From assembly GCA_964645165.1 (NCBI GenBank), contig CAZXZI010000001.1:1477-65476 (forward strand): DNA of 64,000 nucleotides. Direction: 5' to 3'. Below the pieces are notes generated by a model that saw only the letters and a list, made by a program, of their open reading frames with translations, did no database searches and was not told the DNA's origin. The stretch's first letter is position 1. Every line of letters begins with the position of its first letter. The translations under genes and the position numbers were made by a program. Shown here piece after piece: positions 37,810-47,770 of the stretch. Origin of the DNA: an uncultured Ectothiorhodospiraceae bacterium. GTDB lineage: Bacteria; Pseudomonadota; Gammaproteobacteria; SZUA-152.

Positions 37810-39648
37810 TTATGGAATTGTGAAATGAAACGTCGCACCTTCCCCTACCGCCGATTCTGCCCAAATTGCACCACCATGCCGTTGAATAATACGCTTGACG
37901 GTAGCCAGCCCTACCCCTGTTCCCTCAAAGTCATCGGCTTTATGCAGCCGTTGAAACACGCCGAACAGCTTTTCTGCATGCTGCATATCAAAACCGGCAC
38001 CGTTATCCCGAACAAAATAAATCTTTTTACCGCGCTGGTTCACCACGCCAAATGTGATGTGCGCCTGTTTCTCATGACCGCTATATTTCCAGGCATTATT
38101 GATCAGATTATCCATCACCACAGCCATTAGCTGCGGATCGCCTCGCACTACCAAACCTGGCTGAATATCCCAGACCACATCACGTTGCACCCCGTCTTGT
38201 GACAGGCGCATCTTGGCCTGCGTGACCAACACACTTAAATCAACATCCGTGAGTGTCATTTGGCTACGACCGATACGCGCCAGATTAAGAATGCCATCAA
38301 TCAAATCAGCCATGTGCTGCCCGGCCTTTACCACGCGCGATAAATGATCACGCTCATCTTTATTCAGCTTGTCCGCCGCATCTTCCAGCAAAATTTGACT
38401 AAAGCTGGTAATCGAACGCAGCGGTGTGCGTAAATCATGGGCTATTGAATAACTAAAAGCCTCTAGCTCATTATTCTTCTCACGTAACTCGCTGGTCCGA
38501 CCTTCCACCACTTCTTCAAGATGGAGTCGATAGGCCTCCAGCTCCAACTCTGTTTGTCGTCGCTGGGTCACATCCATCAACGCCACGGTAAACATTTTCT
38601 TATTTCCCAACATAATCTGAGATATTGATGCCTCAACCGGAAACTCTTCTCCATTTTTCCTCAGACCCGGGACAATTGGTCTATCCTGCGCCATGCGTTT
38701 TTGAATGTCTTTGCTGGAAAAATCATTAATGTTTATTGTGTGTGATTCCCGATACTGCTCTGGCAACAACATACCAAGCTGACGACCAAGCACTTCATGT
38801 TCTGCATAGCCAAACACTTGTTCCGCTTGCCGATTAAACAAAGTTATGCGGTGATCTTCATCAATAGTAATCAATGCGCTACCGGCAATATTGATAACTG
38901 CCTCCAAGCGCATTTCACTCTGATGCAGTTTTTGTTGAGTCTTTCGAATGGCATGCAGCAGCTGTCCAACGCCTCGATACAAAGCGCCAATCTCATTGGC
39001 ATCATCAGATGAAACTTCTTCATCAAAACGGCGTTGCTCTGCGATATCACGCACACGGTGAGCCAGAGAAACAATAGGGACACTAAAATATCGATGCAGC
39101 CAAAATGCCAACAAATAGGATGCCAGAAACACAGCGGAAATCACAAAAATAATATTCTTGTACAAGCTCTGTATACTCATGCCATATTGCTCGACTGACA
39201 TGCGCACATAAACATCGCCAAACCGCTTGCCAATGTAATTGACGGGTAAAAGCATTCTGGCCACACCCGCCTCAACTTCTATATTCTCGTTATTTTTCTT
39301 ATCGGGATGGCGGGGAGAGGACATAGCAAAAGAGGGAGATTTTTCGTATTGAAAAACCAGCAGCCCGTTCCGGTCATACAAAAAAACATTAAATATTGCC
39401 GGAAAATAATGCAGTTTCTCCACCACTTCTGCAGAAATGTCAGCATTTGATGAGCGTATAATTTTCACTAAATCCAGAGACATCATCTTCATTTCAGACT
39501 GTGCGTGCTTCACTGCCTCTTCACGCATATATTGGCCATGCACATACACAACGGAAAAAAATCCCAAGAGCGATACCAGCAAGGTTGAACCAAAGATCGC
39601 CAAAAAGAATTTATTCTTTATGGGGAGCTTGAAAAAAAAATTAAACAT
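37810..39648 (-). CDS. Sensor histidine kinase (2 TM, periplasmic domain, HAMP, PAS, HisKA, HATPase_c); orphan
   Basis: PAS ALITIDEDHRITLFNRQAEQVFGY. H-box SIAHDLRTPL. G-boxes VRDNGAGFD and GTGVGLATVKRI. No RR gene adjacent. Confidence 0.85.
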   Translation of the reverse strand: MFNFFFKLPIKNKFFLAIFGSTLLVSLLGFFSVVYVHGQYMREEAVKHAQSEMKMMSLDLVKIIRSSNADISAEVVEKLHYFPAIFNVFLYDRNGLLVFQYEKSPSFAMSSPRHPDKKNNENIEVEAGVARMLLPVNYIGKRFGDVYVRMSVEQYGMSIQSLYKNIIFVISAVFLASYLLAFWLHRYFSVPIVSLAHRVRDIAEQRRFDEEVSSDDANEIGALYRGVGQLLHAIRKTQQKLHQSEMRLEAVINIAGSALITIDEDHRITLFNRQAEQVFGYAEHEVLGRQLGMLLPEQYRESHTININDFSSKDIQKRMAQDRPIVPGLRKNGEEFPVEASISQIMLGNKKMFTVALMDVTQRRQTELELEAYRLHLEEVVEGRTSELREKNNELEAFSYSIAHDLRTPLRSITSFSQILLEDAADKLNKDERDHLSRVVKAGQHMADLIDGILNLARIGRSQMTLTDVDLSVLVTQAKMRLSQDGVQRDVVWDIQPGLVVRGDPQLMAVVMDNLINNAWKYSGHEKQAHITFGVVNQRGKKIYFVRDNGAGFDMQHAEKLFGVFQRLHKADDFEGTGVGLATVKRIIQRHGGAIWAESAVGEGATFHFTIP

Positions 39649-39697
39649 TCCAACTCACTCTTCGTGCCAGCTGACTAATTTCATAGCAACACCATTT

Positions 39698-40114
39698 TCA
39701 AATGCCCTGTGTTGTAACAACAATCTTTCGCCGATGACCCATGGCACGGTGCTCCCACAGAAATACTCCCTGCCAAACACCTAATGCGCAACGCCCTGCT
39801 TGCACTGGCAGAGTCAAATCGCTGTGTGTCAGAATGGTACGCACGTGCGCGGCCATGTCATCCGGCCCTTCATCACGATGAATAAACATAGGATCACCAT
39901 CCGGTACCAGTTTCACCATAAAGGTTTCCATATCCTGGCGCACCGCAGGGTCGGCATTTTCACACAGCATCAGTGACGCGCTGGTATGCGCAACAAACAC
40001 ATGACATAGCCCGGTATTGATACCCGCGGCAGCCACGACCTGTTGCACATCCTCGGTGATATTGTAACTACCCCGCCCTCGCGTATTCACTGACAATGTA
40101 TCTTGAAAAAACAT
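39698..40114 (-). CDS. YjbQ/UPF0047-family protein (secondary thiamin-phosphate synthase family)
   Basis: MFFQDTLSVNTRGRGSYNITEDV...CHVFVAHTSASL...DDMAAHVR follows the YjbQ pattern. Start at the internal ATG (track ORF 162 aa). Confidence 0.6.
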   Translation of the reverse strand: MFFQDTLSVNTRGRGSYNITEDVQQVVAAAGINTGLCHVFVAHTSASLMLCENADPAVRQDMETFMVKLVPDGDPMFIHRDEGPDDMAAHVRTILTHSDLTLPVQAGRCALGVWQGVFLWEHRAMGHRRKIVVTTQGI

Positions 40115-40242
40115 TAGTACCCCTGGATTTTTCTTAAGCCTACCCGTCCCGCATTCCCACCACAAATAAAAAAGCGGGCACCCCATCTTGAGGGAACCCG
40201 CTTAAATTCCTGACAGCAATATTTTGCTGGCATACCGGTTGT

Positions 40243-42173
40243 TTACTCGAGCAGCACGGAGGCAAACCTTGCTGTAATCGTGGCGCTGGCATCATCATAC
40301 GGCCCAGTCGCAACGACATGTTTCACCAATGCGCCTACCTGCAAGCGCGCATTGAGATCTGCCGTAAAGCTGGCAAAGTCGGTATGCAATTGACTGCTAC
40401 CAGACTGCACCAACCAATACACGCCCGCACTATTTTCGCGAGGCACGATGCGAGGGGTTGCCGTCGCCATGGTGAGATCGATGGCGAATCTGGCACGGGC
40501 AACGTGATGAAATAACCCCACGCCGTCCAGGTTGAGGCTTATGCCATCGGCAGCACTGCTCGAAATGGCCGTCGCAGAAGCGGGATCCCAGGCAATGGCC
40601 ATCACCGCTTTCAACAGCGATACATCCACAATAGTCTGCGCGGTAAAATCAGTGGGAGCTGCTGTGCTGACCTGCCCGAAGGTTCGCACAAAACCACGCA
40701 ACTTCACTGGTGTGCCAGCCGCTAGTGTACTCATATCCAGTGTTGCAGTGTCGATTTCGTAATAGGCAGGATCAGAATCATTGGCAGTCACATCACCCGT
40801 ACCGGCGAAATCAAACAAGCCGATACGACGCCCATCAATGGCCTGCACATCGATCACAAAGGGTAACGGCTGTTCAGGAATTCCCACCACACCCAGCACC
40901 GTGCCGCGCAGTGTGGTCAGACGCATTTTTACCCGACCCTGATTGTTCACCCCGGCATCCATTTCCAGTGGGTTCGCCATATCATTGGTGAGCACACCAA
41001 ACACACGCACCCGTTGCCCCACAGAAACATCATCGATGTTGTAATTGTTACCCATGGACAGCTGGCGTTTCACGCGGGTCATGTCGCCCATGTTCACCGT
41101 GACTTCGTCGTTGAAGATCACACTGCCACCGGCGCGGACTAACGTTGCACCTTTCACCGTCAGCGTATCACCGCTGCGTGCGATCACATTTCCCGTCACC
41201 ACATCCAGCTCGCCACCGGGTACGCTGGAACCGGCATACACTTCGCGCGCTTCAAAACGGCGCGGATTAAATTTGAGATCACCAATCACAATGGTGGCAG
41301 TAAAGGTGGGCTGTGCTTCCAGCGCAACTAGACCAGACTGACCTTCGTAACTTTCATCATTAATTTCAAATTGCGTTGCATCGTTGGTCACGACATGAAG
41401 CGCACCAAAACGACGATGGTGGTCTGTGTTAAACACATGATGGAAGGGACGCAGGATCACCTCAAAGCTATTTGTCGCCACATCCACACTGGCCAAGGGG
41501 CCGCGCAGGCGATGCGGCTTGGGTGTTTCCAGCGCCACATCTGCTAGCAAAAACGGCTCGACGACTTGTGTTGGCACACCCGCATCATCAAAGCTCACGT
41601 TATTAGAAGCCTTGAGATCAAAATCCAGAGTGAGGTGACTGGGAATACCGGGGGCAACAATCAGTTTGTTACGCCCGTCGAGGTTTACCGTAACCTCCAG
41701 CTGCGTCACCACACCACCCTCTGCATCGACGATGTTGTTGACTTGCACGGCATCGCCCACGTCATTTTCTACCCAGATGTCGGCGTCGCTGTAATCCAAC
41801 ACCATACTGGCCTTAACGTAGGCGCCGTTGGGTACGGTGGCCGCGGTGAGAAATTCGGTCAGCTCCGTGTATTGCGCAAAATCCACACGGGTCGATAGTG
41901 GCACTGTTTCCACCACCGCACCGTTGGCCTTGGTCAAGGTGAGTGACAGCACATCCACCGTGTAACTGGCAAAGTCACCTTCGGCATCGGTAAGACCGAT
42001 CACCACTTCACCGTCGCCTTCTACTGCACTATCTGCCGCACTATCGCTAGGCGCTCCGCAACCCGCCAACGACAGGCTGGAAAGTAATAATAAAAGGCTC
42101 AGGAAAAAATGACGCGGCAGCGGGCTAACGAATGCCGCAGTTCTGCGCCGGAATTGTTGATAAAAAGTATTCA
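40243..42173 (-). CDS. Large predicted lipoprotein (about 640 aa), function unknown, rich in beta-strand Thr/Val/Asp repeats
   Basis: Start at the internal ATG MNTFYQQF..., lipobox LSLAGC-G. The track ORF start at 42315 would lie inside the MITE-like element. Coordinate of the start is about 42171-42174. Confidence 0.5.
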
Positions 42174-42295
42174 TGATGGTCTCCCTGTAAAATGGTCGTG
42201 TGCATCCGTTTAAAATCAGATGTTCACCCCGTACAACGCAGAGCAGACCTGTCGGTTGACAGAAAAAAAGAAAAGGCTGATTTTTTATTTCACAA

Positions 42296-42481
42296 CACTG
42301 CTGTCCCGTTAACATTCGCCTGCGCGGGTATAATTATTTGTTTTTCATGAGCTGCTGCACGATTTGAAAATTTGAGACATGAATAGCCAGTAATCTCTAC
42401 GGTCATTTCGGCGAAGGCCGGAATACCCAAAACGCTTCGCGGGGCAGGCTCTGACGGATATAAAGTTAACGGGACAGCAGT
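42296..42481. mobile_element. MITE-like element, copy 2 (186 bp). TIRs cactgctgtcccgttaac ... gttaacgggacagcagt. Carries a single 28-nt module in inverted orientation relative to copy 1.
   Basis: Near-perfect 17-bp terminal inverted repeat. The left arm is about 90% identical to 19966..20070. Internal acccaaaacgcttcgcggggcaggctctg is the reverse complement of the 28-nt module of copy 1. It lies 24 nt downstream of the stop of the OMP gene at 42506. Confidence 0.7.
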
Positions 42482-42505
42482 AATTTCACAAGAAGTATGC
42501 AAAGG

Positions 42506-43375
42506 CTACCAACGATAGGTCATACCCGCACCGGCAAAGCCCACGTGATCGTCGCTATTTTTGAGCGTTTGCCCGCCCACGTTTACACTTAATCGCCACT
42601 GTTTATTTAGATCCGTAGAATAACGCAGTGCATAGACGAAACTGGTTTCTCCGCTCACCGCAGACACACTCTTCATCCACGAAAACCCCCACAAATTATC
42701 GCCACTAAAATAAGACACACTGGCACTGCTTCGGCGCTCTTCCAGCCCAGCAGAAAGATCCAGGGTCGCTGCTGAAAAAATTAATTGAAAAACCGGATAC
42801 TGCGCGAGCGCTTGAATGTCTTTATCGTAATGATGACGCGCAAAGCCTAGAGAAAACGACCATGACCCCTCGCTGAAATAGCTCACATCAACGGCCGCGC
42901 CCGTACTTTTCACCTCTACCTCGGGGTCACATTTCGCCAAAATGATTGCGGCGCAATCCGTGGTAAACGTCAGCGTGCGCCACTGAGGGCGCAGCGAAAA
43001 CTGCCAATGCTGCAAGTTGGCATCCACCACCCCACGCAGAGTATCGGTCACCAGGGTATCTTCTTCGCCCCAATGTTCCAGATCAATGCCGCCACTGACC
43101 TGTGCCAGCGGATCAGTACGTAAGCCCAACAAAACAGTACGCGTAATAAAGGGATTATTCTGGCTATCGGACCGATTACTGGACGTCGAAAACAACAAAC
43201 GCGTATCGTCGACAAAGGCATAATCCAGATCAAGATAACGGTCGCGACTACCCTCGGCGTCCCCACCGGCACCAAAAGAAATCGACGACGGCAAACCTTC
43301 GGCCTGCGCAACAGGCACAAACAACGTCGCACCCAACAGGTACGACAAAAAATATTGTCTCAAAACACACTCCAC
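42506..43375 (-). CDS. Outer-membrane beta-barrel protein, function unknown
   Basis: Signal peptide ...LFVPVAQA. Alternating amphipathic strands. C-terminal ...GFAGAGMTYRW with a terminal aromatic. Confidence 0.5.
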   Translation of the reverse strand: MECVLRQYFLSYLLGATLFVPVAQAEGLPSSISFGAGGDAEGSRDRYLDLDYAFVDDTRLLFSTSSNRSDSQNNPFITRTVLLGLRTDPLAQVSGGIDLEHWGEEDTLVTDTLRGVVDANLQHWQFSLRPQWRTLTFTTDCAAIILAKCDPEVEVKSTGAAVDVSYFSEGSWSFSLGFARHHYDKDIQALAQYPVFQLIFSAATLDLSAGLEERRSSASVSYFSGDNLWGFSWMKSVSAVSGETSFVYALRYSTDLNKQWRLSVNVGGQTLKNSDDHVGFAGAGMTYRW

Positions 43376-43378
43376 CCT

Positions 43379-43951
43379 TTAGCGTCGATGTCGTATCTCC
43401 CGACGAATTTCCCGCTTGATTTGACGCCGCATCTGCCGCCGCTCCACCTGACGCTCCATTACCGCACGCCGTTGCGCAGGCGGCATTTTCTGCCAGCGTT
43501 CACGTAGCGCCGCACGCCGCGCTGGCGGCAGGTCACGGAATTGACGAAAACGATTGCGCAGGCGTTTCCTTTCGGCCGCTGGCAGTGACATAAACTGTTC
43601 AAAGCGACGACGCACCCGTTGACGTTTTTCCGGTGGCAATTGCTGCCAGCGGGCAAAACGCTTTTTAGCGCGCGCCCGTTGTTCCGGCGTCAACTGTGCC
43701 CATCGTTTTATACCTTTGCGCAGGCGCTGCTGCCGGCCCGGCGGCAGGCCTTGCCATTTTTCCGCAAAAGGCGCCAACAAGGTTTGCTCTTCCGCACTCA
43801 AGGATCGCCACTCAATGCCCTGACTGATGCCTTGGTTCATCGGTGGTTCGCCATCGCTGGCCTGCGACAGCAACGGGCTACCGACCAGCAACAACGAGAT
43901 CACCATCAACCAGCCACTGCGTTTCAATTGTTTACTGTCCATCCTTCTCAT
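43379..43951 (-). CDS. DUF3106-like periplasmic protein with Arg/Gln-rich LPPxxR-W repeats
   Basis: Repeats W..L.PEQRARAKKRFARWQQLPPEKRQRVRRRFEQF...LPPARRAALRERWQKMPPAQRRAV. Signal peptide. Last gene of the ECF module. Confidence 0.5.
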   Translation of the reverse strand: MRRMDSKQLKRSGWLMVISLLLVGSPLLSQASDGEPPMNQGISQGIEWRSLSAEEQTLLAPFAEKWQGLPPGRQQRLRKGIKRWAQLTPEQRARAKKRFARWQQLPPEKRQRVRRRFEQFMSLPAAERKRLRNRFRQFRDLPPARRAALRERWQKMPPAQRRAVMERQVERRQMRRQIKREIRREIRHRR

Positions 43952-44177
43952 CCTCTACTTTCACACTTTGGGCATCGGCAGCCATCGCATCCGGGTTCGC
44001 CTCCAGATCCTGCATAAAATCCAACGGGTTCTGCCAGTTACCCTCGCTGGTTTCCCAGTCGCCAAGAAATTCCAACAGCTCAAGGCTGGGGGCATCGGCG
44101 GCAAACACCATCAACGGCACGGCCAAGGCCGATAAAATCAACAGTCGTTTCATACGATCAGCCGGCATCTTTTTCAT
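43932..44177 (-). CDS. Small acidic secreted protein (81 aa)
   Basis: Signal peptide MKRLLILSALAVPLMVFA. Acidic mature part. Gene overlaps both neighbours by about 20 nt. Confidence 0.4.
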   Translation of the reverse strand: MKKMPADRMKRLLILSALAVPLMVFAADAPSLELLEFLGDWETSEGNWQNPLDFMQDLEANPDAMAADAQSVKVEDEKDGQ

Positions 44178-44514
44178 CGTCTAACCATAAGTAAAAGTCC
44201 AGGTCTTCATAAAATTCCAGCGACTCCGCATCGCCCAACAGCGCCAGGTCTTCCAGCGGTGGCAACTGGGCATTCGTCCCCGGTTGCGGATCGGCCATCC
44301 ACAGCGACACACTGAATGCCGCCACCGTAGCGGCCATGGCCAGACCGCCTACCGGCATCAACCAGGCTGAACGTCTTCCACTCGCCGCCGCCACCGCCTC
44401 ATGACGCGCCTTGCGCAAGGCTCGCAGGGTGTCGTCATCCAGCGCATCCACCGACTGATCCAGCGTGGTCTTAACCTGCCGTAAAAATTGATCTGTGTCT
44501 TTTGGTTCGTTCAC
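44158..44514 (-). CDS. DUF3619-like single-TM protein (putative anti-sigma partner)
   Basis: TLDQSVDALDDDTLRALRKARHEAV, then the TM WLMPVGGLAMAATVAAFSVSLW. 4-nt overlap with the ECF sigma gene. Confidence 0.45.
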   Translation of the reverse strand: MNEPKDTDQFLRQVKTTLDQSVDALDDDTLRALRKARHEAVAAASGRRSAWLMPVGGLAMAATVAAFSVSLWMADPQPGTNAQLPPLEDLALLGDAESLEFYEDLDFYLWLDDEKDAG

Positions 44515-45203
44515 CTTTGGTTCTCCTGCCTTTCATTGACCTGCCAATGATTCTCTAATTGCTCGCGCAATGTTTTCAGTGCCCGTGAAAAATGGGTTTT
44601 TACGCTACCTTCCCCACACCCCATGGCCTGCGCCGTATCCCGCACACTGAGGCCTTCCCACTGACGCAGCATAAAGACCTGCTGCTGACGCAGGGGCAGA
44701 CGATGCAACGCGGCGTCCAGTTGTTTGATGGCCTGCTCCTGCTGCAACTGGGCACAGGGCTCCGGCTCTGTCGTGGCGAAACGGGCTTCGATGGGGTCTT
44801 CCCCCACCATCGATTCCTGCCCTTGGCCGCCATGTCCACCCTGACCTAGGAAATGCCGAAAACGATTGCGCACTGCGGTACGCCGGTACCAGTCGCGAAT
44901 CACACTTTGCGTGATGCGATGAAACAACGGCCCCCATTGCTCGGTATCGCGATCGGCATAGCGCTTGGCCAGGCGCAGCATGGCGTCCTGCACGATATCC
45001 AGCGCATCCTCGTGACTGCGGGTGGCCACCATCGCCATGCGATAGGCGCGCCGCTCCACGCTGGCGAGGAATTGATCCAGTGCTACCGAATTGTCCAGCG
45101 CCTCTCTCCTGCATGGTCTGTGTCCCGTGGTTTTGATTCTCGCCAGTGATGACCTGCTTTGTCCAGTCACCGTGCCGGAAAACCCCATTACTTCTATTTC
45201 CAT
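44511..45203 (-). CDS. ECF-subfamily RNA polymerase sigma factor (RpoE-like)
   Basis: Region 2 HEDALDIVQDAMLRL...IRDWYRR. Region 4 LRQWEGLSVRDTAQAMGCGEGSVKTHFSRALKTL. The N-terminal roughly 30 aa of the ORF may be untranslated. Confidence 0.8.
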   Translation of the reverse strand: MEIEVMGFSGTVTGQSRSSLARIKTTGHRPCRREALDNSVALDQFLASVERRAYRMAMVATRSHEDALDIVQDAMLRLAKRYADRDTEQWGPLFHRITQSVIRDWYRRTAVRNRFRHFLGQGGHGGQGQESMVGEDPIEARFATTEPEPCAQLQQEQAIKQLDAALHRLPLRQQQVFMLRQWEGLSVRDTAQAMGCGEGSVKTHFSRALKTLREQLENHWQVNERQENQR

Positions 45204-45306
45204 GTGATACTAAACGCAGCATCTGTAAATCGGTTGACAGGTAATACTAAAGATTTACCCTACGCCAGCAAATATCCATTTACGAACAAGCCATCACGAG
45301 ACCGCT

Positions 45307-45732
45307 ATGTCCAACAAGAAAATACCGACTTCCTCCGAGCGCAGCCGCTTTGCAGCACGTCTGAATGACGCGCTGGACAATATTCAATTCCCAAAGCTCG
45401 GTGCTGGCAGGCGGGCTCGCTTGTCCGAGTTTCTGGACATTGCCACCGAAGATGTCGATCTATGGTTAAAAGGCGAATCATTTCCTCGCACCTCGTCCTT
45501 GGTAAAACTCTCAGATCTCACCAAAACCCGCTCGAACTGGCTGCTTTCCGGCCAGGGTGAGCCCTACAAAAAAGACGACAATCCCCGCGGCGCAGGAAAG
45601 GCTCTGCCACCCACAGGCACAGACAAGCTCAGCAAAGAAGCATTTGAGCTGGGCATGGAATGGATGAAGCTGCCCAAGCAGCAACGTGAAGCTATTGCCA
45701 GGGTGATTACCGAATTACTCAGCGCAAAATAA
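45307..45732 (+). CDS. Cro/CI(XRE)-type helix-turn-helix protein
   Basis: RARLSEFLDIATEDVDLWLKGESFPRTSSLVKLSDLTKTRSNWLLSGQGEP matches the HTH_XRE pattern (S...LA...GVS...IS.WE.G...P....L.KLA..L.V...WLL.G). Confidence 0.5.
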   Translation: MSNKKIPTSSERSRFAARLNDALDNIQFPKLGAGRRARLSEFLDIATEDVDLWLKGESFPRTSSLVKLSDLTKTRSNWLLSGQGEPYKKDDNPRGAGKALPPTGTDKLSKEAFELGMEWMKLPKQQREAIARVITELLSAK

Positions 45733-45774
45733 ACAAAGAGTCTAACTGGAAGCAGCAAGCCACAAATCCTGCGG

Positions 45775-45895
45775 ACAAAAAAAACCGCGTTGCAATGAAG
45801 GAGCAGCGCGGTTGGGTTCAAACAAAAGGGGGGGTTTGTTTGGAAGTGGGTTTAATTTAGCAAGCCCCCCTTCTCACTGGAAATGATATTTTTTT
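45775..45895 (+). repeat. Structured non-coding element A (candidate sRNA or REP-like unit). Homologous to element B.
   Basis: Hairpin ccgcg...cgcgg flanked by an A-run and a T-run. Then aaacaaa-GGGGGGG-tttgttt. ggaagtgggtt. CCCCCC. tcactggaa. T-run. Same block order as 46030..46172. Confidence 0.5.
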
Positions 45896-46029
45896 ATAAC
45901 TCTATCTCATTTAATTATAATAAATACTCTTTTATATGCCAATAAAAGATTTTACTGACAGCTTCTACACTCAAAAAAGCGGCCTTCATGTCGCCGCATT
46001 CCCAGGCGAGCCAGCACAAAAATGCAGGC

Positions 46030-46172
46030 AAGAAAAAACCGCTACCTGGGGGAGGGTAGCGGCTGGGTCTTTCTAAATGTCTAAACAAATCAGGGGGTGG
46101 GCTTGTTTAGAACTACTCGGAAGTGGGTTCACTCTACCCCACACCCCATTTCACTGGAACTTATTTGTTTTT
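46030..46172 (+). repeat. Structured non-coding element B (candidate sRNA or REP-like unit). Homologous to element A.
   Basis: Hairpin ccgctaccc...gggtagcgg after an A-run. Then taaacaa-atcagggggtgggc-ttgttta. cggaagtgggttcactctaccccacacccca. tcactggaa. T-run. Confidence 0.5.
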
Positions 46173-46231
46173 ATTTGATAATCAGAAATTAGGATAACGA
46201 CCAAGTGCCGCCTGGGACGGGAATACACAGC

Positions 46232-47770
46232 TTAGCGGGCAAGCGGTTTCAGCAGCAACGAGCGACCGGTCATCGCTTCCGGCACGGGCAGCCCCAACAA
46301 ATGCAGCACGGTGGGCGCAATAGAACTGAGCCCAGCACCCACGGTAAGCTGCCAGGCGGTTTCATCCATGATCAAACAGGGTACGGGGTACACGGTGTGT
46401 TGGGTCTGTGCCTCGCCGCTCACCGGATCCACCATTTCTTCGCAATTGCCGTGATCGGCGGTGAGCACTACCGACCAGTTGGCGTTGCTTGCAGCATCCA
46501 GCACACGACCGGCTTGCCGATCCAGCGTTTCCACTGCGGTAATCGCCGCATCAGCGATGCCGGTGTGCCCCACCATGTCACCATTGGCAAAGTTCACGAC
46601 GATAAAGGCGTAGTCTTCGCTATTGATGGCATCGATTACCGCGTCGGCAACCTTATCGGCGTTCATTTCCGGCTGCAGGTCGTAAGTAGCCACTTTGGGT
46701 GAATCGATAATCCCCCGCTCTTCTCCCGCAAAGGCATCCCCTTTGCCACCATTCAGAAAATAAGTCACATGAGCATATTTTTCGGTTTCGGCGCAATGAA
46801 ACTGGCGCAGGTCAGCACGGCTGATCACCTCAGCCAGGGTGGTGCGTGGCCGCTCCTGTCGAAAGGCAAAAGGCAGGTGAAACCACTCGTCGTATTCAGT
46901 CATGCAGGTGACACTGAGCGGGCTAAAATCGCCACGATCAAACTGGGTGAAATCAGGGCGATACAGGGCCGAAGTCATTTGCCGCGCACGATCTTTGCGG
47001 AAGTTAAAAAATACCAGCGCATCACCCCATTGCGTGGGCTCGCCGCCATTAATCACCGTGGGCAGAATAAACTCGTCATTGGTGTCCGCCGCATAGGCCG
47101 CCTCAATCGCCGTTTTGGCAGAGTCGGCACTTGCACCTTGCCCACAGACTATGGCCTGCCAGGCCTGTTCGATGCGTTCCCAGCGATTATCACGATCCAT
47201 GGCGTAGTAACGCCCGCACACCGTGGCGATACTGCCACCCGCCGCTTGCAGGACAGGCTCAATTTTTTGCAAATAGCGCAATGCCGACCGGGGCGCTGTG
47301 TCGCGACCATCGGTCAACATGTGCAGCACGGGGCGCACGCCATTGCGTCGACATATTTCCACCAACGCCAGCAAGTGCGAAATATTGCTGTGCACCCCGC
47401 CGTCTGACACCAGACCCAGCAGATGCAATGGGCGTTCACTGTTGCGCGCAGACTCGACAGCCCCCATCAACGCAGCATTTTCGAAAAAACTGGCATCGGT
47501 GACGGCTTCATCAATGCGCACCAGATCTTGCTTCACAATATCGCCACAGCCCATGGTGAGATGCCCCACCTCCGAATTGCCCATTTGACCATCGGGTAAA
47601 CCCACGGCCGCGCCGGAGGCTTGCAACAAGGTATGCGGATGGTGGGAAAAATAATCGTCTAACCGGGGAGTATCTGCCTGGGCAACGGCATTATTCAGAT
47701 TGCTGGGGTTCACCCCAAATCCATCGAGGATGAGAAGCAATACGGGTCGACGTGGGGATTTTTCACTCAT
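46232..47770 (-). CDS. gpmI: 2,3-bisphosphoglycerate-independent phosphoglycerate mutase
   Basis: PVLLLILDGFG, SEVGHLTMG and TADHGN blocks of the iPGM alkaline-phosphatase superfamily. Start at the internal MSEKSP. Confidence 0.9.
   Translation of the reverse strand: MSEKSPRRPVLLLILDGFGVNPSNLNNAVAQADTPRLDDYFSHHPHTLLQASGAAVGLPDGQMGNSEVGHLTMGCGDIVKQDLVRIDEAVTDASFFENAALMGAVESARNSERPLHLLGLVSDGGVHSNISHLLALVEICRRNGVRPVLHMLTDGRDTAPRSALRYLQKIEPVLQAAGGSIATVCGRYYAMDRDNRWERIEQAWQAIVCGQGASADSAKTAIEAAYAADTNDEFILPTVINGGEPTQWGDALVFFNFRKDRARQMTSALYRPDFTQFDRGDFSPLSVTCMTEYDEWFHLPFAFRQERPRTTLAEVISRADLRQFHCAETEKYAHVTYFLNGGKGDAFAGEERGIIDSPKVATYDLQPEMNADKVADAVIDAINSEDYAFIVVNFANGDMVGHTGIADAAITAVETLDRQAGRVLDAASNANWSVVLTADHGNCEEMVDPVSGEAQTQHTVYPVPCLIMDETAWQLTVGAGLSSIAPTVLHLLGLPVPEAMTGRSLLLKPLAR

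Noticed and set aside
45733-45790. GacA upstream activating sequence (TGTAAG-N6-CTTACA) in front of the structured non-coding elements
   Set aside because: No such palindrome is visible within 200 bp upstream of either element. The GGA-motif count (about 3 each) is too low for a confident Rsm/Csr sRNA call.
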